DNA of 64,000 nucleotides from Chitinophaga pinensis (GCA_945903305.1 CAMDOA010000005.1:494-64493); one strand, 5' to 3'; positions 50,730-61,500 are shown, counted from the first letter of the stretch. Program-made: numbers and translations. Notes: generated by a model from the letters alone, not told the origin.

Positions 50730-51863
50730 CTATGGTCGATTAAAATAACTGGTTATATAATTGGGTAAACCCAACTGTGGTTCGCCGCCATTCAAATAAA
50801 TTCCCTGCTCAATATATCCGCAACCAATTCCTTTAATATTCGGATATTGAATGCATCCTAAATAATCACTGTTCTTTGCCACATATATTTTACCATTAAT
50901 TGCATTTTGTATTGCCCCCATTTTTTTATCCATTGATTGCGCAACCAATACCGCCGATTGCATTATTGCTGCAGTAGTAGTGAGCGTTACATCCCATTGA
51001 TATATTTCATTGGTGACATAAAAACTCAGGTATAATAATTTACTGTTCGGGCTGAACTCGCAACCGTAAGCCAGTTTACTTTGCGGAGTGAAAATCAATT
51101 TGTATTCACTCAACACACCGGTTTCGTTATTGAAATCATACAACTCGGCAAAATTGTTTTCATAAATAACTGAACACAATCGTTTACCATCAGGAGAAAA
51201 TTTCATGTAGCCGATTGCATTTCCATCAGTGGATATTCCACCTTGATAAACACTCCCGATTCTTGTGATGACTGCATTTTTTGCAACACCTTCCTTAGTT
51301 ACTAAGTAGCAATAAAAATTTCCGGTATTCCAACCGTGCGCCATTACCCAAATGTCTTTTCCGTTTTTGTGTTTTACTGCGGTTAATTTTTCAGCAGCAT
51401 TGGGTAAAAGCAAAACATCTCTGCCAACTACATCACCCAACCCGCTTTCCTTCGTCATATCTATTGTGTAATAACTCACACCGTTGTTTGGTGGATTGGC
51501 GTAAGCACCGGCATCGGAAGTAAACAAATAAATAATATTTGGGTTGCCGGGATTGGGTATTGCGATTGCTGATTGCGAGGAAGAGTCGTGACCTTTTAAA
51601 GTTTTACCATGCGGCATAATTTTATGATACTTGTTCCACACCTGCATTCCATTTGTATAGAACTGCAGCCATCCACCGCTGTTGCACATAGTTACGCAAC
51701 CTTCTTTCACATTCATTTCACTTACTGTAACAGGCACAGGATACGAATACGAGAAATCAATTCCGGCTTCTTTTCCAAAAAACCAGATGGATGATTCTTT
51801 TTGTGCGAATGAGAAATTGGATATTGAAAGTACGGTGAGAAGAAGTAAAAACTTTTTTGTCAT
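50730..51863 (-). CDS. Secreted beta-propeller protein, stand-alone paralog of the heads of the 7990 and 51999 proteins, no CTD
   Basis: Signal peptide, IWFFGKEAGIDF, EGC, SSSQSAIAIPNPG, GYMKFSPDG, FSPNSKLLY; ends GLPNYITSYFNRP. Confidence 0.85.
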   Translation of the reverse strand: MTKKFLLLLTVLSISNFSFAQKESSIWFFGKEAGIDFSYSYPVPVTVSEMNVKEGCVTMCNSGGWLQFYTNGMQVWNKYHKIMPHGKTLKGHDSSSQSAIAIPNPGNPNIIYLFTSDAGAYANPPNNGVSYYTIDMTKESGLGDVVGRDVLLLPNAAEKLTAVKHKNGKDIWVMAHGWNTGNFYCYLVTKEGVAKNAVITRIGSVYQGGISTDGNAIGYMKFSPDGKRLCSVIYENNFAELYDFNNETGVLSEYKLIFTPQSKLAYGCEFSPNSKLLYLSFYVTNEIYQWDVTLTTTAAIMQSAVLVAQSMDKKMGAIQNAINGKIYVAKNSDYLGCIQYPNIKGIGCGYIEQGIYLNGGEPQLGLPNYITSYFNRP

Positions 51864-51998
51864 GCGCTAAAATTAAATTCAAGATAAGCGATTGTACGAA
51901 TCGTTTTCCTAATAGAAATGTGGATTGTTCGTGAAATAAATTTTGTGTTAAAATATATTTACTTATAACAGATAACTGTAAACTAATAACTTTTTCAC

Positions 51999-54404
51999 TC
52001 AGCGAATGAGTGTGAAATTTCCTTTGTAAAAATAACTTTCACCTTTGTCAGTTGCCACTGCAAAGTAAACATACACGCCCATTGAACAGGGCAGGTCGAA
52101 AAATGTGCCATCCCATCCATCGTGCGGTAAATCAGTTTCGTAAACCATTTGGCCCCATCGGTTATAAATTCGAAGCCATACTTTATCAAATCCAAAATTG
52201 AGGTAGTCAAAAAAATCATTAGTGCCATCACTGTTTGGCGAAAAGGCATTTGGGAAATATAATATTGGTTCAATTCCGTCATTTACAAAAATCACAACTG
52301 TATCAGTGGCAAGACAACCAAAACCATTATCAACTGTAATAATATAAGTAGTTGTTACGATGGGTGAAGCAAGTGGTGTTAGCACCGTTGAATCATTGAG
52401 CCAGCTACCGGGTTGCCACAAAAACGAAAGGGCATCCGAGGTGGCATCAATCAAAACAGAATTGCCAAGAATAATTGTGAGATCCGGACCAGCATCAACT
52501 AATGGAAGTGAAAGAATATTCACAGTAACAGATACTGTATCGGATTCGCATCCGGGAAGTGAAACGATTACAGAGTAGGTGGTAACTTGTGTTGGTGAAG
52601 CAATAGGATTTGGAATGGTAACTGAAGAAAGTGTTACATCGGCAAACCATATATATCCTGAACCACCCGAAGCAAGTAATTGGGCAGATTGCCCCGGACA
52701 CACTGATGTGTCATTTGAAGTGGATGCAACCACACCACTTGAAATTGTTACAACAATTGTATCCTCATCATGACAAGCAGGACCATCATCAATTGAAACA
52801 ATATAGGTAGTGGTAACAGCAGGGCTTGCTTTTGGCGATGCGCAATTAGTACAACTTAAACCGGTTGAAGGAGTCCATTGATAATTAGTTCCGTATTGAA
52901 AAGAATTGGTGAGTTGAACGCTATCGCCATTGCAAATAGTAATATCATTTCCATAATCCACCTGAAAACTATCGGCTAAATCAACGATAATGTTATAGGT
53001 AAAGTAGGTACATCCGGCTGTGATGGTCATGGATACATTAAAACTCCCTGATGTAGTGAACAGATGGGTCGGATTAAAAAGTGTGGAAGTGTTATTTGCA
53101 CCACTTGCGGGGTCGTCAAAATTCCAGACTACTGTAACCGGCAGTGGAATAACAGTATCAAGTAAAGTGGCAGTATAAGTTCCGCCGCATCCATCATAAG
53201 TTAATTTGAATTCGGTTGGTGTATTAAACAGTTCCACAAAATTCGGAAGGCCGAAAGTACTCGTGTGCTGCCCCTGCGAATTTCCCATTTGCAATCCATT
53301 GGAAACAAAGCCACAAGCTGCACCTGCATTATTCGGATTATTAATTACATCTAAATAAGCACTTCCGGGTTTTGCACCATAAATTTTTCCATTAGGTGCC
53401 AATTGCAACGCACCATAATATTGAATAGCTGCCGAACTGATTTGTGTTCGCGAAGCTAAAATTGTTGCGCTGATTCCCGAACTTAAATCATATTGAAAAA
53501 CTTCGCTCGGAAATACAGTACCATCAATTGCTGACACATATAATTTAGAATTATCGGGTGAAAAGGCGATGCCATACAAACCTGAAAATCCTGAATAATC
53601 ATTCCATGTGGTGTCGGTAATATTATTATTAATTACTCCGGTTGTGTAATTGAAATCAAATATTTCAACTGTTTGTACATTGGCATAACAGGCAAGCGCT
53701 AATTTTTTTCCATCAGGTGAAATTTTCATGTAACCGATTGCTTCAAAACCATCTCCGCCTAATGTATCTTCATGCATGATACCTGCCGTGCTTACTACAG
53801 GAAATGCTGATAAACCAGCTGAGGTCAACAGATATGAATAAAATTCGTCGGAATTGAATTTGTGAACCACTACCCAATAGTCAACTCCATTGCAATGAAG
53901 TGTGGCGGTTAGCTTTTCGCACACAGATGAAAGTACTAACTGATTTTTAACTGTTACATCTCCAAGTCCTCCATTCAAAGTCATGTCAACTATATTACTT
54001 TCAAAATTTCCATTACAGGTATCTAATCCTGCCCATCCGCCAACTGTGAAAATATAGAATTGTGTTGAGCTTCCTGGTTTAGGAATAACAAGTGCTGATT
54101 GTGTGCTTGAATAACATCCCCCTAATCCGGTGCCATTCGGCATTATTATATTATTCTTATTCCAAACATTTACTCCATCTGTATAAAAAAGTAATTGTCC
54201 GGTTTGAGGGTCTGAGTATCCGCTGCAGCCTTCCTGTGTATTCAATTGGCCAGTACCGATTGCTGATAAAGTTCCATTAAAATTCAATCCGGCTGTATTG
54301 CCAAAATACCAATGATTTGCCTGCTTTTGACCATTTGATATTAATGGAAAAAGAAAGCTAATGAATATTACAATCAGAAATCTGTGGTGTATCATTCTTA
54401 TCAA
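51999..54404 (-). CDS. T9SS type B CTD protein with beta-propeller head, PKD domain and Ig-like repeats
   Basis: NHWYFGNTAGLNF, EGCS, GYMKISPDG, GLPNF, WNFDDP, FPNAFSPNSDG...IYNRWG...KGNFTLIR. Confidence 0.9.
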   Translation of the reverse strand: MIRMIHHRFLIVIFISFLFPLISNGQKQANHWYFGNTAGLNFNGTLSAIGTGQLNTQEGCSGYSDPQTGQLLFYTDGVNVWNKNNIIMPNGTGLGGCYSSTQSALVIPKPGSSTQFYIFTVGGWAGLDTCNGNFESNIVDMTLNGGLGDVTVKNQLVLSSVCEKLTATLHCNGVDYWVVVHKFNSDEFYSYLLTSAGLSAFPVVSTAGIMHEDTLGGDGFEAIGYMKISPDGKKLALACYANVQTVEIFDFNYTTGVINNNITDTTWNDYSGFSGLYGIAFSPDNSKLYVSAIDGTVFPSEVFQYDLSSGISATILASRTQISSAAIQYYGALQLAPNGKIYGAKPGSAYLDVINNPNNAGAACGFVSNGLQMGNSQGQHTSTFGLPNFVELFNTPTEFKLTYDGCGGTYTATLLDTVIPLPVTVVWNFDDPASGANNTSTLFNPTHLFTTSGSFNVSMTITAGCTYFTYNIIVDLADSFQVDYGNDITICNGDSVQLTNSFQYGTNYQWTPSTGLSCTNCASPKASPAVTTTYIVSIDDGPACHDEDTIVVTISSGVVASTSNDTSVCPGQSAQLLASGGSGYIWFADVTLSSVTIPNPIASPTQVTTYSVIVSLPGCESDTVSVTVNILSLPLVDAGPDLTIILGNSVLIDATSDALSFLWQPGSWLNDSTVLTPLASPIVTTTYIITVDNGFGCLATDTVVIFVNDGIEPILYFPNAFSPNSDGTNDFFDYLNFGFDKVWLRIYNRWGQMVYETDLPHDGWDGTFFDLPCSMGVYVYFAVATDKGESYFYKGNFTLIR

Positions 54405-54609
54405 GCCATAAAATTATAAACTTAACGCATCAAATGATTACTTAGTTTACCGACGGCAAAAATTATTTCAACAACATCTTATTCCTTCATAATTTATTGA
54501 AGAAGGTAAACCCCTGACTTTCAGCTTTAAAATTTACCGGAACAGTTTTCAATTAAAATGTTAAAAACTATTTTCATCACGATGTTCGTACGTGTAATGG
54601 TTTTCAGTT

Positions 54610-54617
54610 TACATTTG
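54610..54617 (+). promoter_or_regulatory. -7 promoter element of the SRP RNA gene
   Basis: TACATTTG ending 4 nt before the first base of the SRP terminal stem. Confidence 0.7.
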
Positions 54618-54621
54618 CCGT

Positions 54622-54716
54622 GGGCAAGTCTTATACGACCAGCTCCTGTGAACTCCCCCAGGGTCGGAAGGCAGCAAGGGTAAACGGTTGAGCGGTGCGA
54701 TATAAGTAACTTGCCC
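54622..54716 (+). ncRNA. ffs: Signal recognition particle RNA (4.5S, small bacterial type)
   Basis: Terminal stem GGGCAAGT/ACTTGCCC enclosing the domain IV signature CAGG-GTC-GGAA-GGC-AGCA. Confidence 0.9.
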
Positions 54717-54737
54717 TTTCTTACACGAAAGTTCATT

Positions 54738-55394
54738 ATGAAATTCTTCATTGATACAGCCAACATTGCCCAGATAAAGGAAGCCAAGGATCTTGGAATT
54801 CTTGATGGTGTTACCACTAATCCTTCATTAATGGCTAAAGAGGGCATTAAGGGCGACGATAACATTATGGAGCACTACCTGAAAATATGCGCCATTGTTA
54901 AGGGGGATGTAAGTGCCGAAGTTATTTCTACTGATTATAAAAGCATTATTGCTGAAGGTAAAACACTTGCAGCTTTGCATCCGAGTATTGTGGTGAAGGT
55001 GCCCATGATAAAGGATGGTATTAAAGCCATTAAATATTTATCAGAACAGGGAATTAAAACCAATTGCACACTTGCGTTTTCGGCTGGGCAGGCCATACTT
55101 GCAGCAAAAGCCGGTGCTACTTATATCTCACCGTTTATTGGTCGTGTGGATGATGGTAACTGGGATGGCATACAATTGATTGCGCAGATTGTACAGATAT
55201 ATGGTATTCATGGTTTTCAAACTCAGGTGCTTGCTGCTTCTATCAGAAACTCGTTGCACATTGTTCGTTGTGCTGAAGTGGGTGCGCATGTGGTAACTTG
55301 TCCGTTAGATGCTATTCTTGGATTGTTGAAACATCCATTAACCGATATAGGATTAGAAAAATTTTTATCAGACTTTAAAAAATCTCAGGCATAA
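54738..55394 (+). CDS. fsa: Transaldolase / fructose-6-phosphate aldolase family
   Basis: MKFFIDTAN, GVTTNPSL, VVKVP, TNCTL, YISPFIGR, LAASIR, HPLTD.GL..F..D. Confidence 0.95.
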   Translation: MKFFIDTANIAQIKEAKDLGILDGVTTNPSLMAKEGIKGDDNIMEHYLKICAIVKGDVSAEVISTDYKSIIAEGKTLAALHPSIVVKVPMIKDGIKAIKYLSEQGIKTNCTLAFSAGQAILAAKAGATYISPFIGRVDDGNWDGIQLIAQIVQIYGIHGFQTQVLAASIRNSLHIVRCAEVGAHVVTCPLDAILGLLKHPLTDIGLEKFLSDFKKSQA

Positions 55395-55441
55395 TGAAAT
55401 AAAAAAGGCGGAGACCTTGTAGCCATAGTTAAAGCTTTTTT

Positions 55442-55479
55442 CTGTCCCGGTTCTTCACTGAATCGGGACAGTTTTTTTT
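55442..55479 (+). terminator. Intrinsic terminator
   Basis: CTGTCCCGGTTC-TTCACT-GAATCGGGACAG (12 bp, one G-U) followed by T8. Confidence 0.85.
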
Positions 55480-55608
55480 ATAGCCATCTCTTTAAACCAC
55501 TTTTATTTATGAGTATGTTTTATAAAAATGTATTCTATAATCATTCTATATATGTTTTTCAACTAATCGAAAACATCACCAGAAAATAATTATTTATTAA
55601 ACCTGAAA

Positions 55609-55989
55609 CTATTTTTCTTTCACCCTCACATATTTACTCCTTATTGCTTCACACATAAAACACCAGGTTGACACTTCCAGCGTATCAGATGAACTTAGAT
55701 ACAAAGCACAATCAAACGGAGGCCAGTTCGGAGCCCATCCTTTTAACTGCATCACTCCAAGTGAATCTTTTAAAAAAAAATAACCGCCTGCTACTCCAAC
55801 TTCAGCTTTCAACTTCACTGCCCACTTTTCATCAATAAATTCAATCCGGTATTTATTTGAATCAGCCGATTCCCAAAAACCAATAATCAACTTTGCATCA
55901 ACTCTTGTAGTATCAATATTAAATTGTGATGGCTGCTGAGCAGAAACTGAACTGTAACAGAAAAGAAAAAGAAGCAGAATGTTTTTCAA
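55609..55989 (-). CDS. Hypothetical exported protein
   Basis: TTG start, signal peptide ending VSA-Q, LIIGFWES (lipocalin-like GxW) motif. Confidence 0.6.
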   Translation of the reverse strand: MKNILLLFLFCYSSVSAQQPSQFNIDTTRVDAKLIIGFWESADSNKYRIEFIDEKWAVKLKAEVGVAGGYFFLKDSLGVMQLKGWAPNWPPFDCALYLSSSDTLEVSTWCFMCEAIRSKYVRVKEK

Positions 55990-56008
55990 GTAATGCTTTT
56001 TTATTGGT

Positions 56009-57454
56009 TTAAAATTTTCTGAAAACAGTAAACAAGGTGAGCAATATAATTCCTATCACATTAAAAATAAATCCAACTCTATACATGGTTTTTAAATCAA
56101 TGTAGCCACTGCCATATACTATTGTGTTGGCCGCTGTAGCTACCGGCAGCATGTAACCGAATGATGCGGCAATGGTGGCTGGTACCATGAGTGTTAATGG
56201 GTCAACTCCAAGGGTTACACTCAGCGGTATCAGTATCGGAAGTATCAATTGTACACTCGCCACATTGCTTGCCATTTCTGATAACAAGGTTACGAATGCT
56301 ACCAACGACAATATGATTAACCACGATGGCATTGCTTTAAGTGCCACCAGATTAGTTGCTAAAATTTTATCTAATCCGGTTGTTTCGAAACCTTCGGCTA
56401 TGGCGAAACCGCAACCGAACAATAATATTATTTTGAATGGCAGTTTGGTTACATCCTTCCATTCTAAAATATTCTCATTTTTGTGTTTTGATGCGGGGAT
56501 TAAAAAAAGCACGAAGCCCGCAAGTATGGCCACTGTACTGTCCTTGATGTAGGATGGTAAACCAAACAGATTATTCCATCCGGTCATTTTAAAATTTCCG
56601 AAATCAATATCGGCGCGGGTGAACCATAACAACACGGTGATAAAAAAAACGGTCATCACCGATTTTTCTTCTCTGCTCAGTTTACCCATCGTGTTTAATT
56701 CATCGCGGATGTGCTGCATATCAAAAGGCAAATCATATTTTTTCCCGATCACATAAAACCGCAACACACAGTAGGCCAACACAAAAAAGGTGATGCTGAT
56801 TGGAAATGCAAAAACAAACCAACGCAGAAAATTAATGGGCTCAGCACCTGAAACCATTTTTTCATAGAACCCTGCGAATATCATATTGGGTGGCGTGCCA
56901 ACTAAAGTAGAGAAGCCACCAATGGAAGCAGTGTAAGCAAGCGCCAGCATATAGGCAGCTGCTACGCGCTTATGACCAAGCGGATGAAATAATTTTTCGT
57001 TGCGGATGATGGCCAGCACTGCCGAAAACAACATGATGGTGGTGGCTGTGTTTGAAATCCACATGGTGATGAGGTAAGTAGTAACCATGATGCCGAGCAG
57101 AATGCGCGATGGTTTATTTCCAAGCAGCAATATGATTTTAAAAGCCATGCGGCTGTGCAGGTGCCATTTCTCCATGGCATATGCCAGGAAAAATCCGCCG
57201 ATGAAGAGGAAGATGGTTTGTTCCATGTACTGCGCCGCGGTAGTATCGGCACTCATGATGCCCATTAACGGAAAAAATATGATTGGTATGAGTGAGGTTA
57301 CTGCGAGGTCAATGGCTTCGCTCATCCACCAGCCTGCTATCCATATTAATAAAAAACTCATGCGGGCTGCGGGGGAGGGCAGTCCGGAGTTTTCCATCCA
57401 CTGCATGACTATAAATCCTGCTATTGGAAAAAATAAAAGTTTAAACCATTTCAT
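56009..57454 (-). CDS. SLC13/DASS family sodium:dicarboxylate or sulfate symporter
   Basis: WWMSEAI, LFIGGFFLA, MWISNTAT, TLVGTPPN, SEMASNVA, MLPVATAAN. Confidence 0.93.
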   Translation of the reverse strand: MKWFKLLFFPIAGFIVMQWMENSGLPSPAARMSFLLIWIAGWWMSEAIDLAVTSLIPIIFFPLMGIMSADTTAAQYMEQTIFLFIGGFFLAYAMEKWHLHSRMAFKIILLLGNKPSRILLGIMVTTYLITMWISNTATTIMLFSAVLAIIRNEKLFHPLGHKRVAAAYMLALAYTASIGGFSTLVGTPPNMIFAGFYEKMVSGAEPINFLRWFVFAFPISITFFVLAYCVLRFYVIGKKYDLPFDMQHIRDELNTMGKLSREEKSVMTVFFITVLLWFTRADIDFGNFKMTGWNNLFGLPSYIKDSTVAILAGFVLFLIPASKHKNENILEWKDVTKLPFKIILLFGCGFAIAEGFETTGLDKILATNLVALKAMPSWLIILSLVAFVTLLSEMASNVASVQLILPILIPLSVTLGVDPLTLMVPATIAASFGYMLPVATAANTIVYGSGYIDLKTMYRVGFIFNVIGIILLTLFTVFRKF

Positions 57455-57560
57455 TGCGGGTGAAAGGTAAGGATGTAATGGTGCCGTGGCTGAATGTTTT
57501 TATTAGTGTTTGTCATCACACAACAATCCGCTGCTTATTTTATAAAACTTTTTCATTTCA

Positions 57561-58316
57561 CTACTTCTCCTCCACCTTCCACACACAGGTGTTTTTATCT
57601 TCTTCCACATTAAAAAAATAAACTTCCCACTTGCTCTTGCTGATGTATTTGTAGTTCAGCACAAAGCGCGGTTGGCCCGATATTTTGGTAGGTAAATCGG
57701 CAAGCACACGAAAGAGTCTGCCGCCTTTGTACAGATAGCGGGCATAACTTTTCCGGGAGCTAACGGTGTCGCGCAATCCACTTGCAACATTGGTGTGAAG
57801 GATAAACGAAAAACGAATGGACCAATCGGGTTTTCCGTGGTCGGCATAATGGTGGTAGGTGCAATCGTAACTGGTATCGATAATGCTGATGGGAATTATA
57901 AATGCATGGTACGAAATGCGCCCGAGCTTATCATATCCGTAAGTATCCATGGAGTGCTCGCTTATCTCTCGGGCCAATTGCCCGTTCTTATTATACATGG
58001 CTTTATGCGAATTAATAGTTGCCGAATCAGGATGGGCAATAAATACAGGATGTGTTTTACAGCTATCGCAAGCGGCGGTTCGCTTGCTCAGCAGCTTGCC
58101 ACTATCATCGAACCGAAAAAAAGTAACAAGGTCGGGTTGTGTTAATGTGGTTAGCGCTTCTTTGGAATAAAAAGTTTTGATTTTCAGTTGGTGAATTTGC
58201 TTAATGGCAATGCTATCGCCGTTGTATGGAAATGGAAACAGCATGCGGTATTCAGAAAGCTGTGCGTTACATACAGCACTGACGGTTATGAAAAAAATTA
58301 GGCTGATGAATTTCAT
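57561..58316 (-). CDS. Hypothetical exported protein with weak YD-like motifs
   Basis: Signal peptide (CNA-Q); FDDSGKL, YNKNGQL and YDKLGRI motifs. Confidence 0.6.
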   Translation of the reverse strand: MKFISLIFFITVSAVCNAQLSEYRMLFPFPYNGDSIAIKQIHQLKIKTFYSKEALTTLTQPDLVTFFRFDDSGKLLSKRTAACDSCKTHPVFIAHPDSATINSHKAMYNKNGQLAREISEHSMDTYGYDKLGRISYHAFIIPISIIDTSYDCTYHHYADHGKPDWSIRFSFILHTNVASGLRDTVSSRKSYARYLYKGGRLFRVLADLPTKISGQPRFVLNYKYISKSKWEVYFFNVEEDKNTCVWKVEEK

Positions 58317-58486
58317 TGAAACGAGGTAACGAAAATAATAGGTAATTATGTTTTTGTTGAAAGCAAAATAATTAAAACTGTTGAAGTCTCAATTAAAAGA
58401 ATCGTGACGAAAAAACTGATTTATTGGGCGTTTTTTTATTTTGTAAAGGGCTTTCATTTTTCTGAAATGATTGCGAATAGTATAAT

Positions 58487-58494
58487 TACTTTTG
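58487..58494 (+). promoter_or_regulatory. Bacteroidota -7 promoter element
   Basis: TACTTTTG 19 nt upstream of the 58514 ATG. Confidence 0.5.
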
Positions 58495-58513
58495 ATAGAA
58501 ATTATATTTCGCA

Positions 58514-61500
58514 ATGAAAAAACTCCTGCTCCTTTCCTTTTTCATTTTAAGCTTTTCAGCATCAAAAGCACAGTGGGTCAATATACCTAGTGCATATTTT
58601 GTTGCTTGGTTGCAAGCAAATTATCCGAGTTGTATGAATGGGAATTTGATGGATACAACTTGTAGTGGAGTTGTGAATACAACTTGGGTTATTTGTAGTG
58701 GTCAAAATATTTCAAATCTAGAAGGTATTCAATATTTTAATTCATTAATTGGTCTTGACTGCAGTGATAACAACCTAAGTTATTTACCAACCCTTCCGAA
58801 TTCATTAACATTTCTTTCTTGTAGCTATAATTCTATAACAAGTTTACCTACTCTTCCTACTTCATTAATAGAATTTGATTGTGATTATAATTCATTAACA
58901 AGTTTACCTGCTCTTCCTAATTCATTGACTATGCTTGGTTGTTATACTAACTCATTAACAAGTTTGCCAACCCTGCCAAGTTCATTAACTCATCTTGATT
59001 GTTCTAATAATTCATTAACAAATTTGCCCTTCCTTCCGAATTCATTAACATATCTTGGATGTTCTAATAATTCATTAACAAGTTTACCTCTCCTTCCGAA
59101 TTCTTTAACAGATCTTTATTGCAATAATAATTCGTTAACAAGTTTACCTCCTCTTCCTAATTTAATTTCAGATTTATATTGTTCTTGGAATTCATTAACG
59201 AGTTTACCCTCCCTTCCGAATTCATTAACACGACTTGATTGTAGTTATAATTTATTGACAAGTTTACCAACCTTACATCCATTAATGTATTGTTTTATAA
59301 TTAATTATAACACTGGAATTTTTTGCATGCCAATTTTACAAAATTTTGGAGGTTCCGCGGCTTTATTTAATATTCTTAATACTGGCATTGCCTGCCTTCC
59401 GAATGTAATTCAACATACAGGTTATATTGGACAAATTGATGGATGGCCAATTTGCGATTTAACTTTTAATCCTAATAACTGTGATTTGGGTTGGAATATT
59501 ATTGGGAAGGTTGCTTTTGATGTAGATAGCAGTTGTGCAACAACAACTGATGGAATTGAAATGCCAATGATAAAAATGAAATTGTTTGATGGCGGAGGAA
59601 ATCTTTTGCAACAAATGATTGCAAACTGGGAAGGATATTATTCTTTCGACACTCAAATTGGAAATTATTCAACTTCAGTTGATACATCTAATATTCCTTT
59701 CAGTGTTTTATGTCCATCAAATAATAGCATCATTAGTAATCTTACTGCAATTGATTCAATGGATTATAATGTTGATTTTAGAATGGTTTGCAAACCTGGA
59801 TTTGATATTTGTGTTTGGAATATTTATAGAAATGCACCGAATTTTTTCCCCGGAAATACAACTCCAGTTCGCATTGTAGCAGGAGATTTTGCTTCAAGTA
59901 TATCAAATGGTTTTTGCGGTTCAACAATCAGCGGAGAAGTAAAAGTTATTATCAATGGTTCTGCAACATATCTCTCACCAATAGCAGGATCACTAACTCC
60001 AATAGTAAATGGAGATACATTGATTTATACCATTGCTGATTTCTCATTGGTAAATGAAACAAGTGATTTTGCATTTAATGTTATAACCGATACAACAGCA
60101 CAAATTGGAAATCAGATTTGTTTTGATGTGACAGTCACTCCTTCAGCCGGAGATAATAATATTTCGAATAACACACTCACACATTGTTTTGCAGTCAGCA
60201 ATTCTTTTGACCCAAATGAAAAAGAAGTAAGTCCCATTGGCAGTTTAACTTATCCTTATAATGATTGGCTCACTTATACCATTCATTTTCAAAACACAGG
60301 CACTGCAGCAGCGCAACACATTCAGTTGCTTGATACATTGGATGCTGATTTAGATGCAAGCACTTTTCAGTTACTCTCTTATTCTCATACACCCATGGTG
60401 CAGATAATTGGAAGCGAGGTGGCTTTCAATTTTGTCAATATCAATCTCCCTGATAGCACAACAGATTTAGCAGGCAGTCAGGGTTATGTTAGTTACAGAG
60501 TAATGCCAATGACAAATCTGCCAATGGGAACTGTTATAGAAAATACCGCAAGCATTTATTTCGATTTCAATGCACCTGTTGTAACAAACACAGTAAGCAA
60601 TTTGATTTGCAATCCTATTATTCCAACTAATATTTCAGAAGCTATTTGTTCAGGAGATTCATACAACTTGAATGGAACAAATATTTTTATAGCAGGAAAT
60701 TATTCTACAACTCTCAATGCAATAAATGGTTGTGATTCGGTTGTAAATCTTTCGCTCACTATACTCAATCCGGTTTCAAATTCTATCAGCGCCTCCATTT
60801 GTTCAGGAATCACTTTTGACTTCAACGGACAACAACTTTCAGTTGCAGGAAATTATGCGGATACATTAACAGCAGCAACCGGATGCGATTCCATTGTGAA
60901 TCTTTCGCTCACTGTTTTAAATCCGATTACATCATCCACCAATCAAACAATCTGTTTTGGTGACTCAATAAATTTCAACGGAGTTTATTTTGATACTACA
61001 GGAATTTATACCGACACATTATCAAACGCGAGTGGTTGTGATTCTATTGTGAATCTTAGTCTCACAGTTCTTAGTCTCGCAACATCTTCATTCAATCAAA
61101 CAATCTGCATTGGCGAAACATTTTTGTTCAATGGAATAAATGAAACCGCAACCGGAATTTATTACGATACTTTAAATGCTGCCAGCAATTGCGATTCAAT
61201 TATTGCATTGCACTTAACAGTCAACAATCCGAATGCAACCATTTCACTCACCGGAAATACTTTAACTGCAACCGGCACAGGAATCATACAATGGATCAAT
61301 TGCGACAGCGGAACTTTTGTGCCGGGTGTTATCGGCGGAACATTTACTCCAACCACCATTGGTAATTATGCAGCATGGGTATGGGATGGCCTGTGCAGCG
61401 ACACCACCAATTGCGTTGAAGTTTTATTAGATGGAATAAATGAATTGACAATTTACAATTTACAATTCACAATTTTCCCGAATCCTGTTGATGAAAATAT

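Noticed and set aside
54527-54865. 112-aa minus-strand ORF and the TTG extension of fsa to 54711
   Set aside because: Both overlap the SRP RNA; the conserved fsa start is MKFFIDTAN at 54738.
58739-59281. CRISPR- or TIGR-like repeat-spacer RNA array
   Set aside because: The period is exactly 10 codons inside an intact signal-peptide-to-CTD ORF, the variable segments keep the LRR L and C residues, and no effector gene is nearby.
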